41,346 nucleotides of DNA, taken from the UHGV virus genome UHGV-0007810; one strand, given 5' to 3'. Under the pieces are notes generated by a model. The model saw nothing but the letters and a program-made list of their open reading frames with translations, searched no databases and was not told the DNA's origin. Below, in pieces: positions 8,343 through 17,486 of the stretch. The DNA comes from a virus. The position numbers were made by a program, and so were the translations under genes. Numbering within the stretch: the first letter of the stretch is position 1; each line of letters opens with the position of its first letter.

Positions 8343-8687
8343 ATGAGAAAACAGATACAGGCTCTTGGTCGACTCAAAACAGGCCAGATGAACAAAACAG
8401 AATCTGCGTATTGCCAGCACCTTGAGCTGCGTAAACGTGCAGGAGAAATCGTCTGGTATCGATTTGAGGGTATCAAGTTGCGGTTAGCTGACAACACGTT
8501 CTATACGCCAGATTTTGCTGTGATGCTCGCCACCGGTGAGATGGAACTGCACGAAGTGAAAGGTTTCTGGACCGACGACGCCAGGGTGAAAACCAAAGTC
8601 ACCGCAGATCAGTATCCGTTCCGAATCATCGGGGTAACGGTTAAACCAAAGAAAGCAGGTGGTGGCTGGAACATCGAAGAGTTCTGA
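8343..8687 (+). CDS. DUF1064-like phage protein (possible nuclease/resolvase)
   Basis: 114 aa; YTPDF ... ELHEVKG ... YP signature as recalled for that family. Confidence 0.5.
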   Translation: MRKQIQALGRLKTGQMNKTESAYCQHLELRKRAGEIVWYRFEGIKLRLADNTFYTPDFAVMLATGEMELHEVKGFWTDDARVKTKVTADQYPFRIIGVTVKPKKAGGGWNIEEF

Positions 8688-8748
8688 ATCGACGATCTTT
8701 TTAGTTATCAATGTAATCAATAAGTTATGTGGATAAGCGAGGGTAAAT

Positions 8749-9249
8749 ATGGACGGTAATATCAAGGGGTTAGTTTCCGCCGGGCATGAGATGGCTTCGG
8801 AACTGAAAGCAGAATGTGGTGCCGTTGATATGCGCAGTGTGGCAAAGCTGATCAGCGATTTGGCAACGCAACTGGAAGTGCAATTGGTGCGTGCTAATGC
8901 GCTGGCAGCGGAGAATGCGGGGCTGAAGGCTGCGCACCCTCAACCATTCGGACATGAGATGATGAAGGCTCTTGATGCGTATGAGAAGCATCAGGATGAA
9001 GTGCCAGAGACTGGAATGCTCAATGCATTTTTCATCTTGCGCGACAGCATCCGTGTTGACACCCCAGCCACCGATGCTTTTCTGGCTGAAGTACGGGCGC
9101 AGGGCGTGGAGATGTACGCAGATAACCTCGACAACGCAGCAGACGACGCAGAACGAGGTGGTTTTGATTATGCCGTTAAGTTTCTACGCAGTGAAGCGTC
9201 TAGTGTACGTTTGTTCGCCGGCCAGCTTCGCAAAGGAGGCAAACAGTGA
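8749..9249 (+). CDS. Hypothetical protein
   Basis: 166 aa; GAGGG Shine-Dalgarno; coiled-coil-like composition. Confidence 0.55.
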   Translation: MDGNIKGLVSAGHEMASELKAECGAVDMRSVAKLISDLATQLEVQLVRANALAAENAGLKAAHPQPFGHEMMKALDAYEKHQDEVPETGMLNAFFILRDSIRVDTPATDAFLAEVRAQGVEMYADNLDNAADDAERGGFDYAVKFLRSEASSVRLFAGQLRKGGKQ

Positions 9250-9731
9250 GCGAAATTGACTATCAGGCACTGCGTGAGGCGGCGGAACGTGCAATTCCAG
9301 CAATGGAACGCCTGTTAATGTTGCCAGCTGATGATGATTTGTTAAGTGAACAGGAACTTAAAGATTACGGTGTGGATATTGATGCGCTCAACGCCTTCAA
9401 ATTTCTGGCCGGACCAGAAACCGTGCTGGCACTACTGGATGAACGGGAAAGGAACCAGCAATACATCAAACGCCGCGATCAGGAGAACGAGGATATTGCG
9501 CTAACGGTAGGGAAGCTGCGCGTTGAGCTTGAAGCAGAAAAACAGCGGGCAAAGGTTCTATTTATGGAAAATGCTCGGCTTAAGTCAGGCATAGCCGGTC
9601 TGATACACCTCGGTATTCGATATGCAGATGTTGAGGTCATGAAAATTGCTGGAGATGCCCAGCTTTCTACCCCATGCACTGACAGCATCATAAACAGCAT
9701 TGCAACAGGCATTCGCATCAAAGGAGAGTGA
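9246..9731 (+). CDS. Ead/Ea22-like protein
   Basis: 161 aa; GTG start overlapping the upstream stop, AAGGAGG Shine-Dalgarno; N-terminal MSEIDYQALREAAE and coiled coil are typical of Ea22-like proteins (recollection). Confidence 0.5.
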   Translation: MSEIDYQALREAAERAIPAMERLLMLPADDDLLSEQELKDYGVDIDALNAFKFLAGPETVLALLDERERNQQYIKRRDQENEDIALTVGKLRVELEAEKQRAKVLFMENARLKSGIAGLIHLGIRYADVEVMKIAGDAQLSTPCTDSIINSIATGIRIKGE

Positions 9732-9732
9732 T

Positions 9733-10548
9733 ATGACCACTATTACCAAAGAGCGACTACTGACAATCAAGGAGTGGCGCGAAACATACGGACCTGGTAG
9801 CAACGTTGTACTGCCAGCAGAAGAAGCGGAAGAGCTGGCACGGATTGCGCTGGCATCACTGGAAGCAGAACCAGTTGCTTATATTTTCAAACATCCGGCC
9901 GGGAAATTATTCTGGGCTTTAACGGATGAAAGCAATAAAGAGCAAGCTGACGTTATTCCTGTTTATGCTGCCGCGCCTGCGTCGGTTGTGCCGGATAATG
10001 CATCAGAGCCTCTTGCTTATGCTTACAAAGAGCTTACGCCTGAGATTATGCGCAACCATTTAGCTGTATTCGAGCGATATGGAATAGCCCCAAACGATAG
10101 CTCTACCACAATTCAGGCACTGCGAATCGCGCTGGATGGCATAGAGCGGAGCGGCGCCATGCTTCATGGTGCCGAACCTGTAAGCCAAACTTACAAGTTG
10201 CCTCCCCTGTCATCCAACGAAGTAAACGACGCGGCATGGAAATTACGCAACATGCTTACTGAACACGGTCCTCTTAATGGGCGTCAGTTCAACAATCTGA
10301 AAGGTTGCTTCTATGAGGCATTAAAGGTCGCAATGCGCAACTCTCCGGTAACTCCGGATGGTTGGATAAGCTGTAGTGAGCGAATGCCCCCTCAAGATGA
10401 TTGGATTTTAATTTATTCAAAGCACGGCGAGTATATGGCAGGACAGGTACAAGGGGAATACGTGGAGTTGAGCGACGGCACTTTATCGTGGTTAGGGAAC
10501 GCCTTGTTCTGGATGCCGCTACCCGAACCGCTGCAGGAGGTGAAGTGA
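9733..10548 (+). CDS. Hypothetical protein with C-terminal DUF551-like domain
   Basis: ATG 9733 preceded by AAGGAGAG; C-terminus WISCSERMPPQDDWILIY...ALFWMPLPEP matches the DUF551 pattern (recollection). Confidence 0.55.
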   Translation: MTTITKERLLTIKEWRETYGPGSNVVLPAEEAEELARIALASLEAEPVAYIFKHPAGKLFWALTDESNKEQADVIPVYAAAPASVVPDNASEPLAYAYKELTPEIMRNHLAVFERYGIAPNDSSTTIQALRIALDGIERSGAMLHGAEPVSQTYKLPPLSSNEVNDAAWKLRNMLTEHGPLNGRQFNNLKGCFYEALKVAMRNSPVTPDGWISCSERMPPQDDWILIYSKHGEYMAGQVQGEYVELSDGTLSWLGNALFWMPLPEPLQEVK

Positions 10549-10898
10549 TGGACTATTCACAGTTAAGTGATTTTGAAATTAACAGAATGGTAGGAGACAT
10601 AATTTTTAAAGGCCTTTGGGCGTGTAAACCGGAAACATCAGGGAATAACACCAACAAATGGTATTACGGAAATACTGATACAACTTTTGAGCCATTAAAC
10701 CCTTTACCTGACTACTGCAATAATCCATCGGATGCATGGCCTATTATTGTTGATAATAAAATCAGTCTAACCTGCCACCAATCTCGCGGTGAGTGGTCAG
10801 CTGTTTTTAATACCGAGAACATTTGCTTTCATGCGAATAATCCACTCCGAGCCGCCATGATTGTATTTCTCATGATGCAGGAAAATCAGAATGGCTAA
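10548..10898 (+). CDS. Hypothetical protein
   Basis: Internal ATG 10548 overlapping the upstream stop (TGATG) with GGAGG upstream; the ORF-track N-terminal extension overlaps the previous gene. Confidence 0.5.
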   Translation: MDYSQLSDFEINRMVGDIIFKGLWACKPETSGNNTNKWYYGNTDTTFEPLNPLPDYCNNPSDAWPIIVDNKISLTCHQSRGEWSAVFNTENICFHANNPLRAAMIVFLMMQENQNG

Positions 10899-11229
10899 AT
10901 CAGCAGCAGAGCGCAAAGCCGCTCAGAGAGCCAGACAAGCTGCATCTGGTGTGCGTAAGCTGGAGATTGTGCTTGATGCTCAGGAAATTGAAATGCTTGA
11001 GCGTAACTGTGCCGCGCGTCGCCCCGGGCGTGCGCCTTACGAATTTGGTGAGTATATAGCGTTACTGATCCGCCAGGATGATGTACGCGTGCGCGGGCGT
11101 ATAAAATCGATCAGCAGAAAACGTTGCGGTAAGTGCGGCGAGAGAGTTCCAGTTAATTCATGCCCGTGCAATGGTGACTCGCAATGTTGGGTGACCAAAG
11201 GCTGGCATGAAACGAAATTAATAGTGTGA
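10891..11229 (+). CDS. Hypothetical basic protein with Cys-rich C-terminus
   Basis: 112 aa; AGGAAA Shine-Dalgarno; C-x2-C ... C-x-C cluster; its stop codon lies inside the 12-bp palindrome at 11226. Confidence 0.5.
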   Translation: MAKSAAERKAAQRARQAASGVRKLEIVLDAQEIEMLERNCAARRPGRAPYEFGEYIALLIRQDDVRVRGRIKSISRKRCGKCGERVPVNSCPCNGDSQCWVTKGWHETKLIV

Positions 11230-11237
11230 CATGTCAC
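11226..11237. repeat. Perfect 12-bp palindrome GTGACATGTCAC (copy 1 of 3)
   Basis: Exact; 41 bp upstream of a terminator hairpin. Confidence 0.8.
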
Positions 11238-11278
11238 GAGTAGATTATGCATGATGAATTTGATGTGTTTTGAATACT

Positions 11279-11305
11279 GCCGCCAACTATGGCGGCTTTA
11301 TTTTG
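11279..11305 (+). terminator. Rho-independent terminator before the packaging operon
   Basis: GCCGCC-AACTAT-GGCGGC followed by TTTATTTTG. Confidence 0.6.
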
Positions 11306-11315
11306 CATGGTACTA

Positions 11316-11330
11316 TTACCACAACGGTAA
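11316..11330. promoter_or_regulatory. Operator-like palindrome TTACCACAACGGTAA
   Basis: Exact; 20 nt upstream of the small terminase start, within an 11-bp direct repeat ACTATTACCAC x2. Confidence 0.55.
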
Positions 11331-11350
11331 CTATTACCACGGTGGTTACG

Positions 11351-11944
11351 ATGCCTGCTGAACCTAAAACCTATAAACGTAAATCAACGCAATTTAAGCC
11401 ACTAACAGCAATGCAGGAGGCTTATTGCCAGTCATACATCAAAACGCCTGAAAACCAGACTCAGGCAGCGATTAACGCAGGATTCTCCCCAAATACAGCG
11501 GCAGTTAAAGCCAGTGTCATGATGCGCGATGAACGCATTCAAAAACGGATTGCCGAGCTGATGGAAGAGCGCAACAAACGAATGCGTGTCAGTGCTGATT
11601 ACGTTCTCATGCGCCTGGTGGAGATCGACCAGATGGACGTGATTGATATCCTCAACGATGATGGGGGCCTTAAGCCAATCCGCGAGTGGCCGAAAATCTG
11701 GCGCACTACGCTTAGCGGCTTTGATCTGTCATCGACCATCATGAACATGAACGAGGATTCGATAGAGACAATCCTCAAAAAAATTAAATGGCCTGACAAG
11801 GTGAAGAACCTTGAGCTGATTGGTAAGCACGTCGATGTCAATGCATTCAAAGAACGCCTGGATGTTAATGTGAATGTGACAATTGCTGATCGCATAGCGG
11901 CAGCCAGGAAGAGACTGAAAGAACGTCAGGATGGCAATCAGTGA
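11351..11944 (+). CDS. Terminase small subunit
   Basis: About 197 aa from ATG 11351 (the ORF-track extension covers a terminator and operator); HTH-containing N-terminus (TAMQEAYCQSYIKTPENQTQAAINAGFS) typical of small terminases; precedes the large subunit. Confidence 0.7.
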   Translation: MPAEPKTYKRKSTQFKPLTAMQEAYCQSYIKTPENQTQAAINAGFSPNTAAVKASVMMRDERIQKRIAELMEERNKRMRVSADYVLMRLVEIDQMDVIDILNDDGGLKPIREWPKIWRTTLSGFDLSSTIMNMNEDSIETILKKIKWPDKVKNLELIGKHVDVNAFKERLDVNVNVTIADRIAAARKRLKERQDGNQ

Positions 11945-13416
11945 CAGATGCAGCGTTATCTCCTGAAGAGCAGTTGATCGAGGATATTGCAGGGTTCACT
12001 CACGATCCGCTTGGCTATGCCCTCTATGCGTTCCCGTGGGGGGAAGATGGGACTGAACTGGCACATGCCACCGGTCCACGTCAGTGGCAGGCTGATGCGT
12101 TCCGAGAGATACGTGATCACCTGCAGAATCCAGAGACTCGCTATCAGCCGCTTATGCTGGCACGTGCTTCGGGTCACGGTATTGGTAAATCCGCATTCAT
12201 CTCAATGCTGATCAACTGGGGCATGTCCACTTGCGAGGATTGTAAGGTTGTGGTGACCGCCAACACCGACAACCAGCTTCGAACGAAGACCTGGCCGGAA
12301 ATTATCAAGTGGTCGAACCTTGCTATCACGAAAGACTGGTTTACCTGTACCGCTACCGCGATGTACAGCAATGATCCTGGACACGACAAGCGGTGGCGAG
12401 CTGACGCAATCCCCTGGTCTGAGCACAACACTGAGGCATTCGCCGGACTACACAACGAGCGCAAACGCATCATTGTGGTATTCGATGAAGCGTCGAACAT
12501 TGCGGATCTGGTGTGGGAAGTTGCCGAGGGTGCGCTAACGGACGAAGACACTGAGATTATCTGGGTGGCGTTCGGAAACCCTACACGTAATACCGGGCGT
12601 TTTCGCGAATGTTTCCGCAAATACAAACACCGCTGGAAAACTGCGCAGATTGACAGCCGGACGGTGGAAGGTACTAACAAACAGCAGTTGCAGAAATGGG
12701 TTGATGACTACGGGGAAGACAGCGACTTCGTTAAAATCCGTGTGCGCGGCATATTTCCTGATGCATCTGAATTGCAGTTTATCCCTACCGGCCTTACTGA
12801 CGAGGCAATGAAACGGGTGGTAACCGCTGCGCAGGTTGCACATGCTCCGGTGATAATCGGCGTTGACCCGGCATACTCCGGCGTTGATGACGCTGTGATA
12901 TACCTGCGGCAGGGGCTGCACAGTAAGGTGCTGTGGACTGGCAACAAGACCACTGACGATCTGATTATGGCGAAGCGTATCGCTGACTTTGAAGACCAGT
13001 ACCAGGCTGACGCAGTGTTCATCGACTTCGGTTACGGAACTGGTCTGAAGTCAATCGGTGATGGCTGGGGTCGTACATGGCAACTTGTTCCGTTCGGTGG
13101 CGCGTCTACTGACCCGCAGATGCTCAACAAGCGTGGGGAGATGTTCAACTCATGCAAGACATGGCTGAGGCTGGGCGGCATGCTGGATGACCAGGAAACA
13201 GCGGACGACCTGTCTGCGGCAGAGTACAAAGTTCGAGTGGACGGTAAAATCGTTATCGAACCGAAGGAAGATATCAAGGAGCGGCTTGGGCGTTCTCCTG
13301 GTAAAGGCGATGCGCTACTGCTGACGTTTGCGTTCCCTGTGTCGAAGCGTCTGCGAATTCTAGGTCAGCAGAACCAGCAAGGAAAGGCCATTACAGATTA
13401 CGATCCCTATGCTTAA
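11941..13416 (+). CDS. Terminase large subunit
   Basis: 491 aa; P-loop ARASGHGIGKS, Walker B-like VVFDEAS, C-terminal nuclease-like region; GTG start overlapping the small-subunit stop. Confidence 0.85.
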   Translation: MTDAALSPEEQLIEDIAGFTHDPLGYALYAFPWGEDGTELAHATGPRQWQADAFREIRDHLQNPETRYQPLMLARASGHGIGKSAFISMLINWGMSTCEDCKVVVTANTDNQLRTKTWPEIIKWSNLAITKDWFTCTATAMYSNDPGHDKRWRADAIPWSEHNTEAFAGLHNERKRIIVVFDEASNIADLVWEVAEGALTDEDTEIIWVAFGNPTRNTGRFRECFRKYKHRWKTAQIDSRTVEGTNKQQLQKWVDDYGEDSDFVKIRVRGIFPDASELQFIPTGLTDEAMKRVVTAAQVAHAPVIIGVDPAYSGVDDAVIYLRQGLHSKVLWTGNKTTDDLIMAKRIADFEDQYQADAVFIDFGYGTGLKSIGDGWGRTWQLVPFGGASTDPQMLNKRGEMFNSCKTWLRLGGMLDDQETADDLSAAEYKVRVDGKIVIEPKEDIKERLGRSPGKGDALLLTFAFPVSKRLRILGQQNQQGKAITDYDPYA

Positions 13417-13466
13417 TCCGCTGGTGGGGATAATGTCGTTGATATCCTCTGGTGAGGATAAAACAA

Positions 13467-13486
13467 AGCCAGCTCATAGGCTGGCT
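13467..13486. terminator. Bidirectional terminator-like hairpin after the large terminase
   Basis: AGCCAGC-TCATAG-GCTGGCT with an A-run upstream and T-rich downstream. Confidence 0.5.
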
Positions 13487-13490
13487 GTTT

Positions 13491-13502
13491 GTGACATGTC
13501 AC
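13491..13502. repeat. Perfect 12-bp palindrome GTGACATGTCAC (copy 2 of 3)
   Basis: Exact; directly abuts the hairpin at 13467-13486. Confidence 0.8.
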
Positions 13503-13506
13503 GGTG

Positions 13507-13878
13507 TTATTGCTCGCTTAACTTCTGCTTCAGCAAGTAACCTTCAAGCATCCAGATTTTGTTTACAGCATTCTGCCGGGCAATCTTCCGACCAATTTCT
13601 GCATCAAAGTTTTCCGGGCTTGCACAGGCGCTCTCTCCGGTGACGGTGAAGCCGTTGCGCAGCACCAGGACGCAGAACGTCAGCAGAGAAAGTGATTCGT
13701 GCGGCTGGTAGTTTACATATCCGCCAGTATGTTTCGCTTTTATGGCTTTGCCAAAGGCACCATCCTCTGCTGTGAAATATGCCTCCTGAGCAATAATGCT
13801 TTCGATATGGTCTGGCGTAACGCGCGGAGCAGTTTTGCCTTTCTCAACGATTTCTTTTTCGATTTGCTGGTCGTTCAT
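13507..13878 (-). CDS. Hypothetical phage protein (possibly Sf6 gp66 / N4 gp49-like family)
   Basis: 123 aa; AAGGTGA Shine-Dalgarno; central GFTVTGESACASPENFDAEIGRKIA resembles that family as recalled. Confidence 0.55.
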   Translation of the reverse strand: MNDQQIEKEIVEKGKTAPRVTPDHIESIIAQEAYFTAEDGAFGKAIKAKHTGGYVNYQPHESLSLLTFCVLVLRNGFTVTGESACASPENFDAEIGRKIARQNAVNKIWMLEGYLLKQKLSEQ

Positions 13879-13889
13879 AATCTCACCTT

Positions 13890-13913
13890 AAAAAAATGCC
13901 CGGCGAACCGGGC
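13890..13913 (-). terminator. Rho-independent terminator downstream of the tRNA, abutting the next ribosome-binding site
   Basis: GCCCGG-CGAA-CCGGGC with a 7-nt A-run on the + strand (T-run on the - strand). Confidence 0.6.
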
Positions 13914-14076
13914 GAACTGGAAGCAATGAGTTATGCCTTCCGTGGCTGTACTGGTTTACAGCATGAAGTCATCGTAATGGCGTCCTGCTGTAAAAAGGGC
14001 GGTGATAGTCCTTCAAGGGAAACCATCACCGCCAAGCACCTGGAACTTCTGGCATCACGGTCCTTAAGCGTGATTC

Positions 14077-14153
14077 TGGCGTGGCATGCAGGATTCGAAC
14101 CTGCGACCAACCGCTTAGAAGGCGGTTGCTCTGTCCAACTGAGCTAATGCCAC
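14077..14153 (-). tRNA. tRNA-Arg (anticodon UCU)
   Basis: Reverse complement folds as a cloverleaf: acceptor GTGGCAT/ATGCCAC, D-stem GCTC/GAGC, anticodon stem ACCGC/GCGGT with loop CTTCTAA (anticodon TCT), T-arm GCAGG-TTCGAAT-CCTGC, discriminator G and CCA. Confidence 0.9.
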
Positions 14154-14475
14154 AACGCTGAGAGCACTTAGCCTGTTAAGTCGCCACACTTTGTCGCGGC
14201 TCCATAAATGCTCTCAGCGTTGTACCCTCGTCTCTTCCGAGGCGTCACACCGAATCGCCGGGATGGTGAATTCCCGTGCGCGGAATAAAACCGCTCGACT
14301 TGCACATTCCGGCTACCTGGTTCGTTTGCCCGAGCAAGGGAGGGTGCCCCTTAAACGTATCCAGACCGCTATCGGCGCATGTGCCATACGCCGTACTGCT
14401 CAAAATAAAAGCTCACTCCACCTGTTCAATTTAACGACAAGCCAGTCAGGTTAGTAACCGGAATGAACTCTTTGG

Positions 14476-14490
14476 TTACCTGAAAGGTAA
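14476..14490. promoter_or_regulatory. Operator-like palindrome TTACCTGAAAGGTAA
   Basis: Exact; about 90 nt upstream of the small ORF that precedes the portal gene. Confidence 0.55.
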
Positions 14491-14580
14491 TAATTCGCGC
14501 GTTAAATGTCAACTGTCTACGATAAATAAATCATATGTGGTTAAATTGGTAATAATTTAATTGCGTACGGAGTCATTGAT

Positions 14581-14787
14581 ATGTGCATGGGTAGCTCACC
14601 ATCAGTGCCTGCAACACCAGAAGTTCAGGCAGCACCACAGGAGCAGGATGCCGCCGTTGTTGATGCCCGCGACGAAGAAACTCGTCGCCGTCGCGCTGCT
14701 GCTGGTCGTAGTTCTACGCTGCTTACCGGTTCTCAGGGCGACACATCAACTGCTAATACCAGCGGTAAAACGCTACTTGGTCAGTAA
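14581..14787 (+). CDS. Hypothetical small protein (68 aa), low complexity
   Basis: Shares the initiation context CGGAGTCATTGA-(A/T)-ATG with the portal gene 220 bp downstream; coding status uncertain. Confidence 0.35.
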   Translation: MCMGSSPSVPATPEVQAAPQEQDAAVVDARDEETRRRRAAAGRSSTLLTGSQGDTSTANTSGKTLLGQ

Positions 14788-14801
14788 CCGGAGTCATTGA
14801 A

Positions 14802-16481
14802 ATGGCGGAAACAACTAAAGAGCGATTGAACAAACAGTTCGCACAACTTGAAAGCGAGCGTCAGTCGTTCGAGCCGCACTGGCGCGAGTTGAGTGATTAC
14901 ATCAACCCGCGTGGTTCCCGCTTTCTGACTTCTGAGGTCAACCGTAACGATCGACGCAATACACGCATTATTGATTCGACCGGGACTATGGCGGCGCGCA
15001 CTCTCGCCAGCGGCATGATGTCAGGCATCACAAGCCCCGCGCGTCCGTGGTTTCGCCTGGCTACGCCAGATCCTGAAATGATGGATTATGGCCCTGTTAA
15101 GTTGTGGCTTGAGGCGGTGCAGAACCGCATGAACGATATGTTCAATAAGTCGAATCTCTATCAGTCGCTGCCGCAGTTATACGGAAGCCTCGGCACATAC
15201 AGCACTGGTGCAATGGCAGTGCTGGAGGATGACGAGGACATCATTCGCACAATGCCATTCCCGATAGGCAGTTACTACCTGGCTAACTCACCTCGTGGCA
15301 GTGTGGACACCTGTTTTCGCAAGTTCTCTATGACTGTTCGTCAGCTTGTTCAGGAGTTCGGGCTAAATAACGTCAGCGAATCCGTAAAAAGCATGTGGGA
15401 AAGCGGCACCTACGAGAAGTGGATTGAAGTGATGCATTCGGTTTACCCGAACATTGACCGCGATACATCGAAGCTGGATAGCAAGAACAAGCCATTCAAA
15501 TCGGTTTATTACGAGGTTGGTGGCGATAACGACAAGTTGTTGCGTGAGTCCGGATTCGATGAGTTTCCAATTATGGCCCCGCGCTGGGAAGTTAACGGCG
15601 AAGATGTTTATGGATCATCATGCCCGGGTATGCTGGCGCTTGGACCTGTTAAGGCATTGCAGCTTCTCCAGAAGCGCAAGTCGCAGTTGATTGATAAAGC
15701 CACCAATCCGCCGATGGTTGCTCCGACTTCCCTCAAGAATCAGCGTGCCTCCCTTCTTCCTGGCGACATCACGTATATCGATCAGATTACTGGTCAGGAT
15801 GGTTTCAGGCCTGCTTATCTGGTTAACCCCAGTACAGCAGATTTGGTGGCAGACATTCAGGACACTCGTCAAATCATTAACAGCGCCTACTTTGTCGATC
15901 TGTTCATGATGTTGCAGAACATCAATACCCGCTCGATGCCTGTGGAAGCGGTGATCGAAATGAAAGAAGAAAAACTTCTGATGTTGGGGCCGGTTCTGGA
16001 GCGCCTGAACGACGAATGTCTTAATCCTCTCATTGATCGCTCTTTCTCGATGATGGTGCGTAAAAACATGCTGCCGCCACCGCCTGACGCGATGGAAGGC
16101 ATGCCCCTGAAGGTCGAATACATTTCCGTCATGGCTCAGGCGCAGAAGTCTATCGGCCTGTCCAGTCTGGCGTCCACGGTTAACTTCATTGGTCAACTTG
16201 CGCAAGCGAAACCAGAAGCTCTCGACAAACTCAACGTTGATCAGGCGATCGATGCATTCGCTGATATGTCCGGAGTGTCTCCAACCGTCATTGTTCCGCA
16301 GGAACAGGTTGAGCAGGCTCGCCAGCAACGGGCACAGCAACAACAGCAGCAACAAATGATGGCGATGGGGATGGCGGCGGCACAGGGTGCCAAGACGCTA
16401 AGTGAAGCTAAAACTTCGGATCCGAGTGTTTTGTCAGCTATGGCGAATGTAGTTAGTGGTCAGGGTGGGCAATCACAATGA
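14802..16481 (+). CDS. Portal protein (podovirus head-tail connector type)
   Basis: 559 aa; position after the terminases; Q/A/M-rich flexible C-terminus (QQQQQQQMMAMGMAAAQGA) like T7 gp8 as recalled. Confidence 0.8.
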   Translation: MAETTKERLNKQFAQLESERQSFEPHWRELSDYINPRGSRFLTSEVNRNDRRNTRIIDSTGTMAARTLASGMMSGITSPARPWFRLATPDPEMMDYGPVKLWLEAVQNRMNDMFNKSNLYQSLPQLYGSLGTYSTGAMAVLEDDEDIIRTMPFPIGSYYLANSPRGSVDTCFRKFSMTVRQLVQEFGLNNVSESVKSMWESGTYEKWIEVMHSVYPNIDRDTSKLDSKNKPFKSVYYEVGGDNDKLLRESGFDEFPIMAPRWEVNGEDVYGSSCPGMLALGPVKALQLLQKRKSQLIDKATNPPMVAPTSLKNQRASLLPGDITYIDQITGQDGFRPAYLVNPSTADLVADIQDTRQIINSAYFVDLFMMLQNINTRSMPVEAVIEMKEEKLLMLGPVLERLNDECLNPLIDRSFSMMVRKNMLPPPPDAMEGMPLKVEYISVMAQAQKSIGLSSLASTVNFIGQLAQAKPEALDKLNVDQAIDAFADMSGVSPTVIVPQEQVEQARQQRAQQQQQQQMMAMGMAAAQGAKTLSEAKTSDPSVLSAMANVVSGQGGQSQ

Positions 16482-16774
16482 CAGATTACGAAGACGATCA
16501 ACTGAAAGAAGAAAACGCCCGTAAGCAACGTGACATGGCGCAGCGTGAAATTGATGACATTCGCTTTGTCATGAGCAGTGAACAGGGGCGTCGCGTTGTC
16601 TGGTCGGTGCTGGAGAAAGGCCGTGTGTTTTCCGCTATCTCACCGATGGACGCTATGGCAATGGCATTTAATGAGGGGCAACGCAATCTGGCGCTGGAAC
16701 TGTTTCAGCGCGTTATGGCGCATTGCCCTGAACAGTATTTGAAGATGGCCAAAGAGGCCAGTGAACAGGAGTGA
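16478..16774 (+). CDS. Hypothetical head-associated protein
   Basis: 98 aa; ATGA overlap with the portal stop. Confidence 0.55.
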   Translation: MTDYEDDQLKEENARKQRDMAQREIDDIRFVMSSEQGRRVVWSVLEKGRVFSAISPMDAMAMAFNEGQRNLALELFQRVMAHCPEQYLKMAKEASEQE

Positions 16775-16776
16775 TC

Positions 16777-17472
16777 ATGAATTTATTTGAGCGTTTGCTG
16801 TATCGCCGTCTTTGCAATGAGCAACCAGTCGATGGTGGAGCAGCTCCGGCTGCGTCAGAACCGTCAGCGCCTACAGGTGATAACCCTGCTCCAGTTGGTG
16901 ATCCATCACAACAGGAAGGTGATAAGCCACAACCTGTTGCTGATGTCGATAAACCTGATGATGAAAAAAAATCTGAAAACGATAAGCAGGGTGAAAAAAA
17001 AGACGGCGATAAACCAGAGGGTGCGCCGGAGAAGTACGAATTTCAGGCTGCCGAAGGCGTAGAGCTGGATACAGAAGCGTTGAAGGAATTCGAGCCGGTG
17101 GCGCGAGAACTTAACCTGACCAACGAGCAAGCGCAAAAGCTGGTTGATGCTTATCCGAAGATTCTGGCAGGTGTTCAGCAGCGCCAGGCAGAAGCCTGGC
17201 AGAAAACAACCGAGCAGTGGGCTGCGGATGTAAAAGCTGACAAAGAAATCGGTGGCGACAAGTTGATTTCTAACCTTAGCGCCGCACAGCGTGCGCTTGA
17301 CCAGTTCGGGACACCTGAACTCAAAGAATATCTGAACACCACCGGGCTGGGTAATCACCCTGATCTGGTCAAAACGTTCGTGAAAATCGGAAAGGCGATG
17401 TCTGAAGATGGCATGGTCACCGGTGGTAATGAAGGCCAGCGTAGTGCGGCCGAAGTGCTCTATGGCAAATAA
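16777..17472 (+). CDS. Scaffolding protein (putative)
   Basis: About 231 aa, acidic and helical with a D/E/K-rich N-terminal third; between portal and major capsid; AGGAG Shine-Dalgarno. Confidence 0.55.
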   Translation: MNLFERLLYRRLCNEQPVDGGAAPAASEPSAPTGDNPAPVGDPSQQEGDKPQPVADVDKPDDEKKSENDKQGEKKDGDKPEGAPEKYEFQAAEGVELDTEALKEFEPVARELNLTNEQAQKLVDAYPKILAGVQQRQAEAWQKTTEQWAADVKADKEIGGDKLISNLSAAQRALDQFGTPELKEYLNTTGLGNHPDLVKTFVKIGKAMSEDGMVTGGNEGQRSAAEVLYGK

Positions 17473-17486
17473 GAGAGGAAATGACA

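Noticed and set aside
11270-11350. N-terminal extension of the small terminase ORF as given in the ORF track
   Set aside because: The extension runs through a terminator hairpin and an operator copy and encodes a Thr/Val repeat; the start was moved to ATG 11351.
12174-12680. 168-aa minus-strand ORF inside the large terminase gene
   Set aside because: Antisense to a gene with clear Walker motifs; considered spurious.
13930-14076. Possible second tRNA downstream of tRNA-Arg
   Set aside because: A 9-bp stem (GGCGGTGAT / ATCACCGCC) is present but no T-loop or cloverleaf could be drawn; probably part of the tRNA 3' trailer.
14191-14454. 87-aa plus-strand ORF next to the tRNA
   Set aside because: No ribosome-binding site and an Arg/Ser-rich low-complexity product; the region more likely holds the tRNA promoter and structured non-coding sequence.
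14568-14800. Duplicated initiation context CGGAGTCATTGA before the small ORF and the portal gene
   Set aside because: A single 12-mer repeat is within what chance allows in 41 kb; noted only as weak support that the small ORF is translated.
15618-16355. 245-aa ORF on the minus strand inside the portal gene
   Set aside because: Antisense shadow of a well-supported gene; no ribosome-binding site; composition typical of reverse-frame artefacts.
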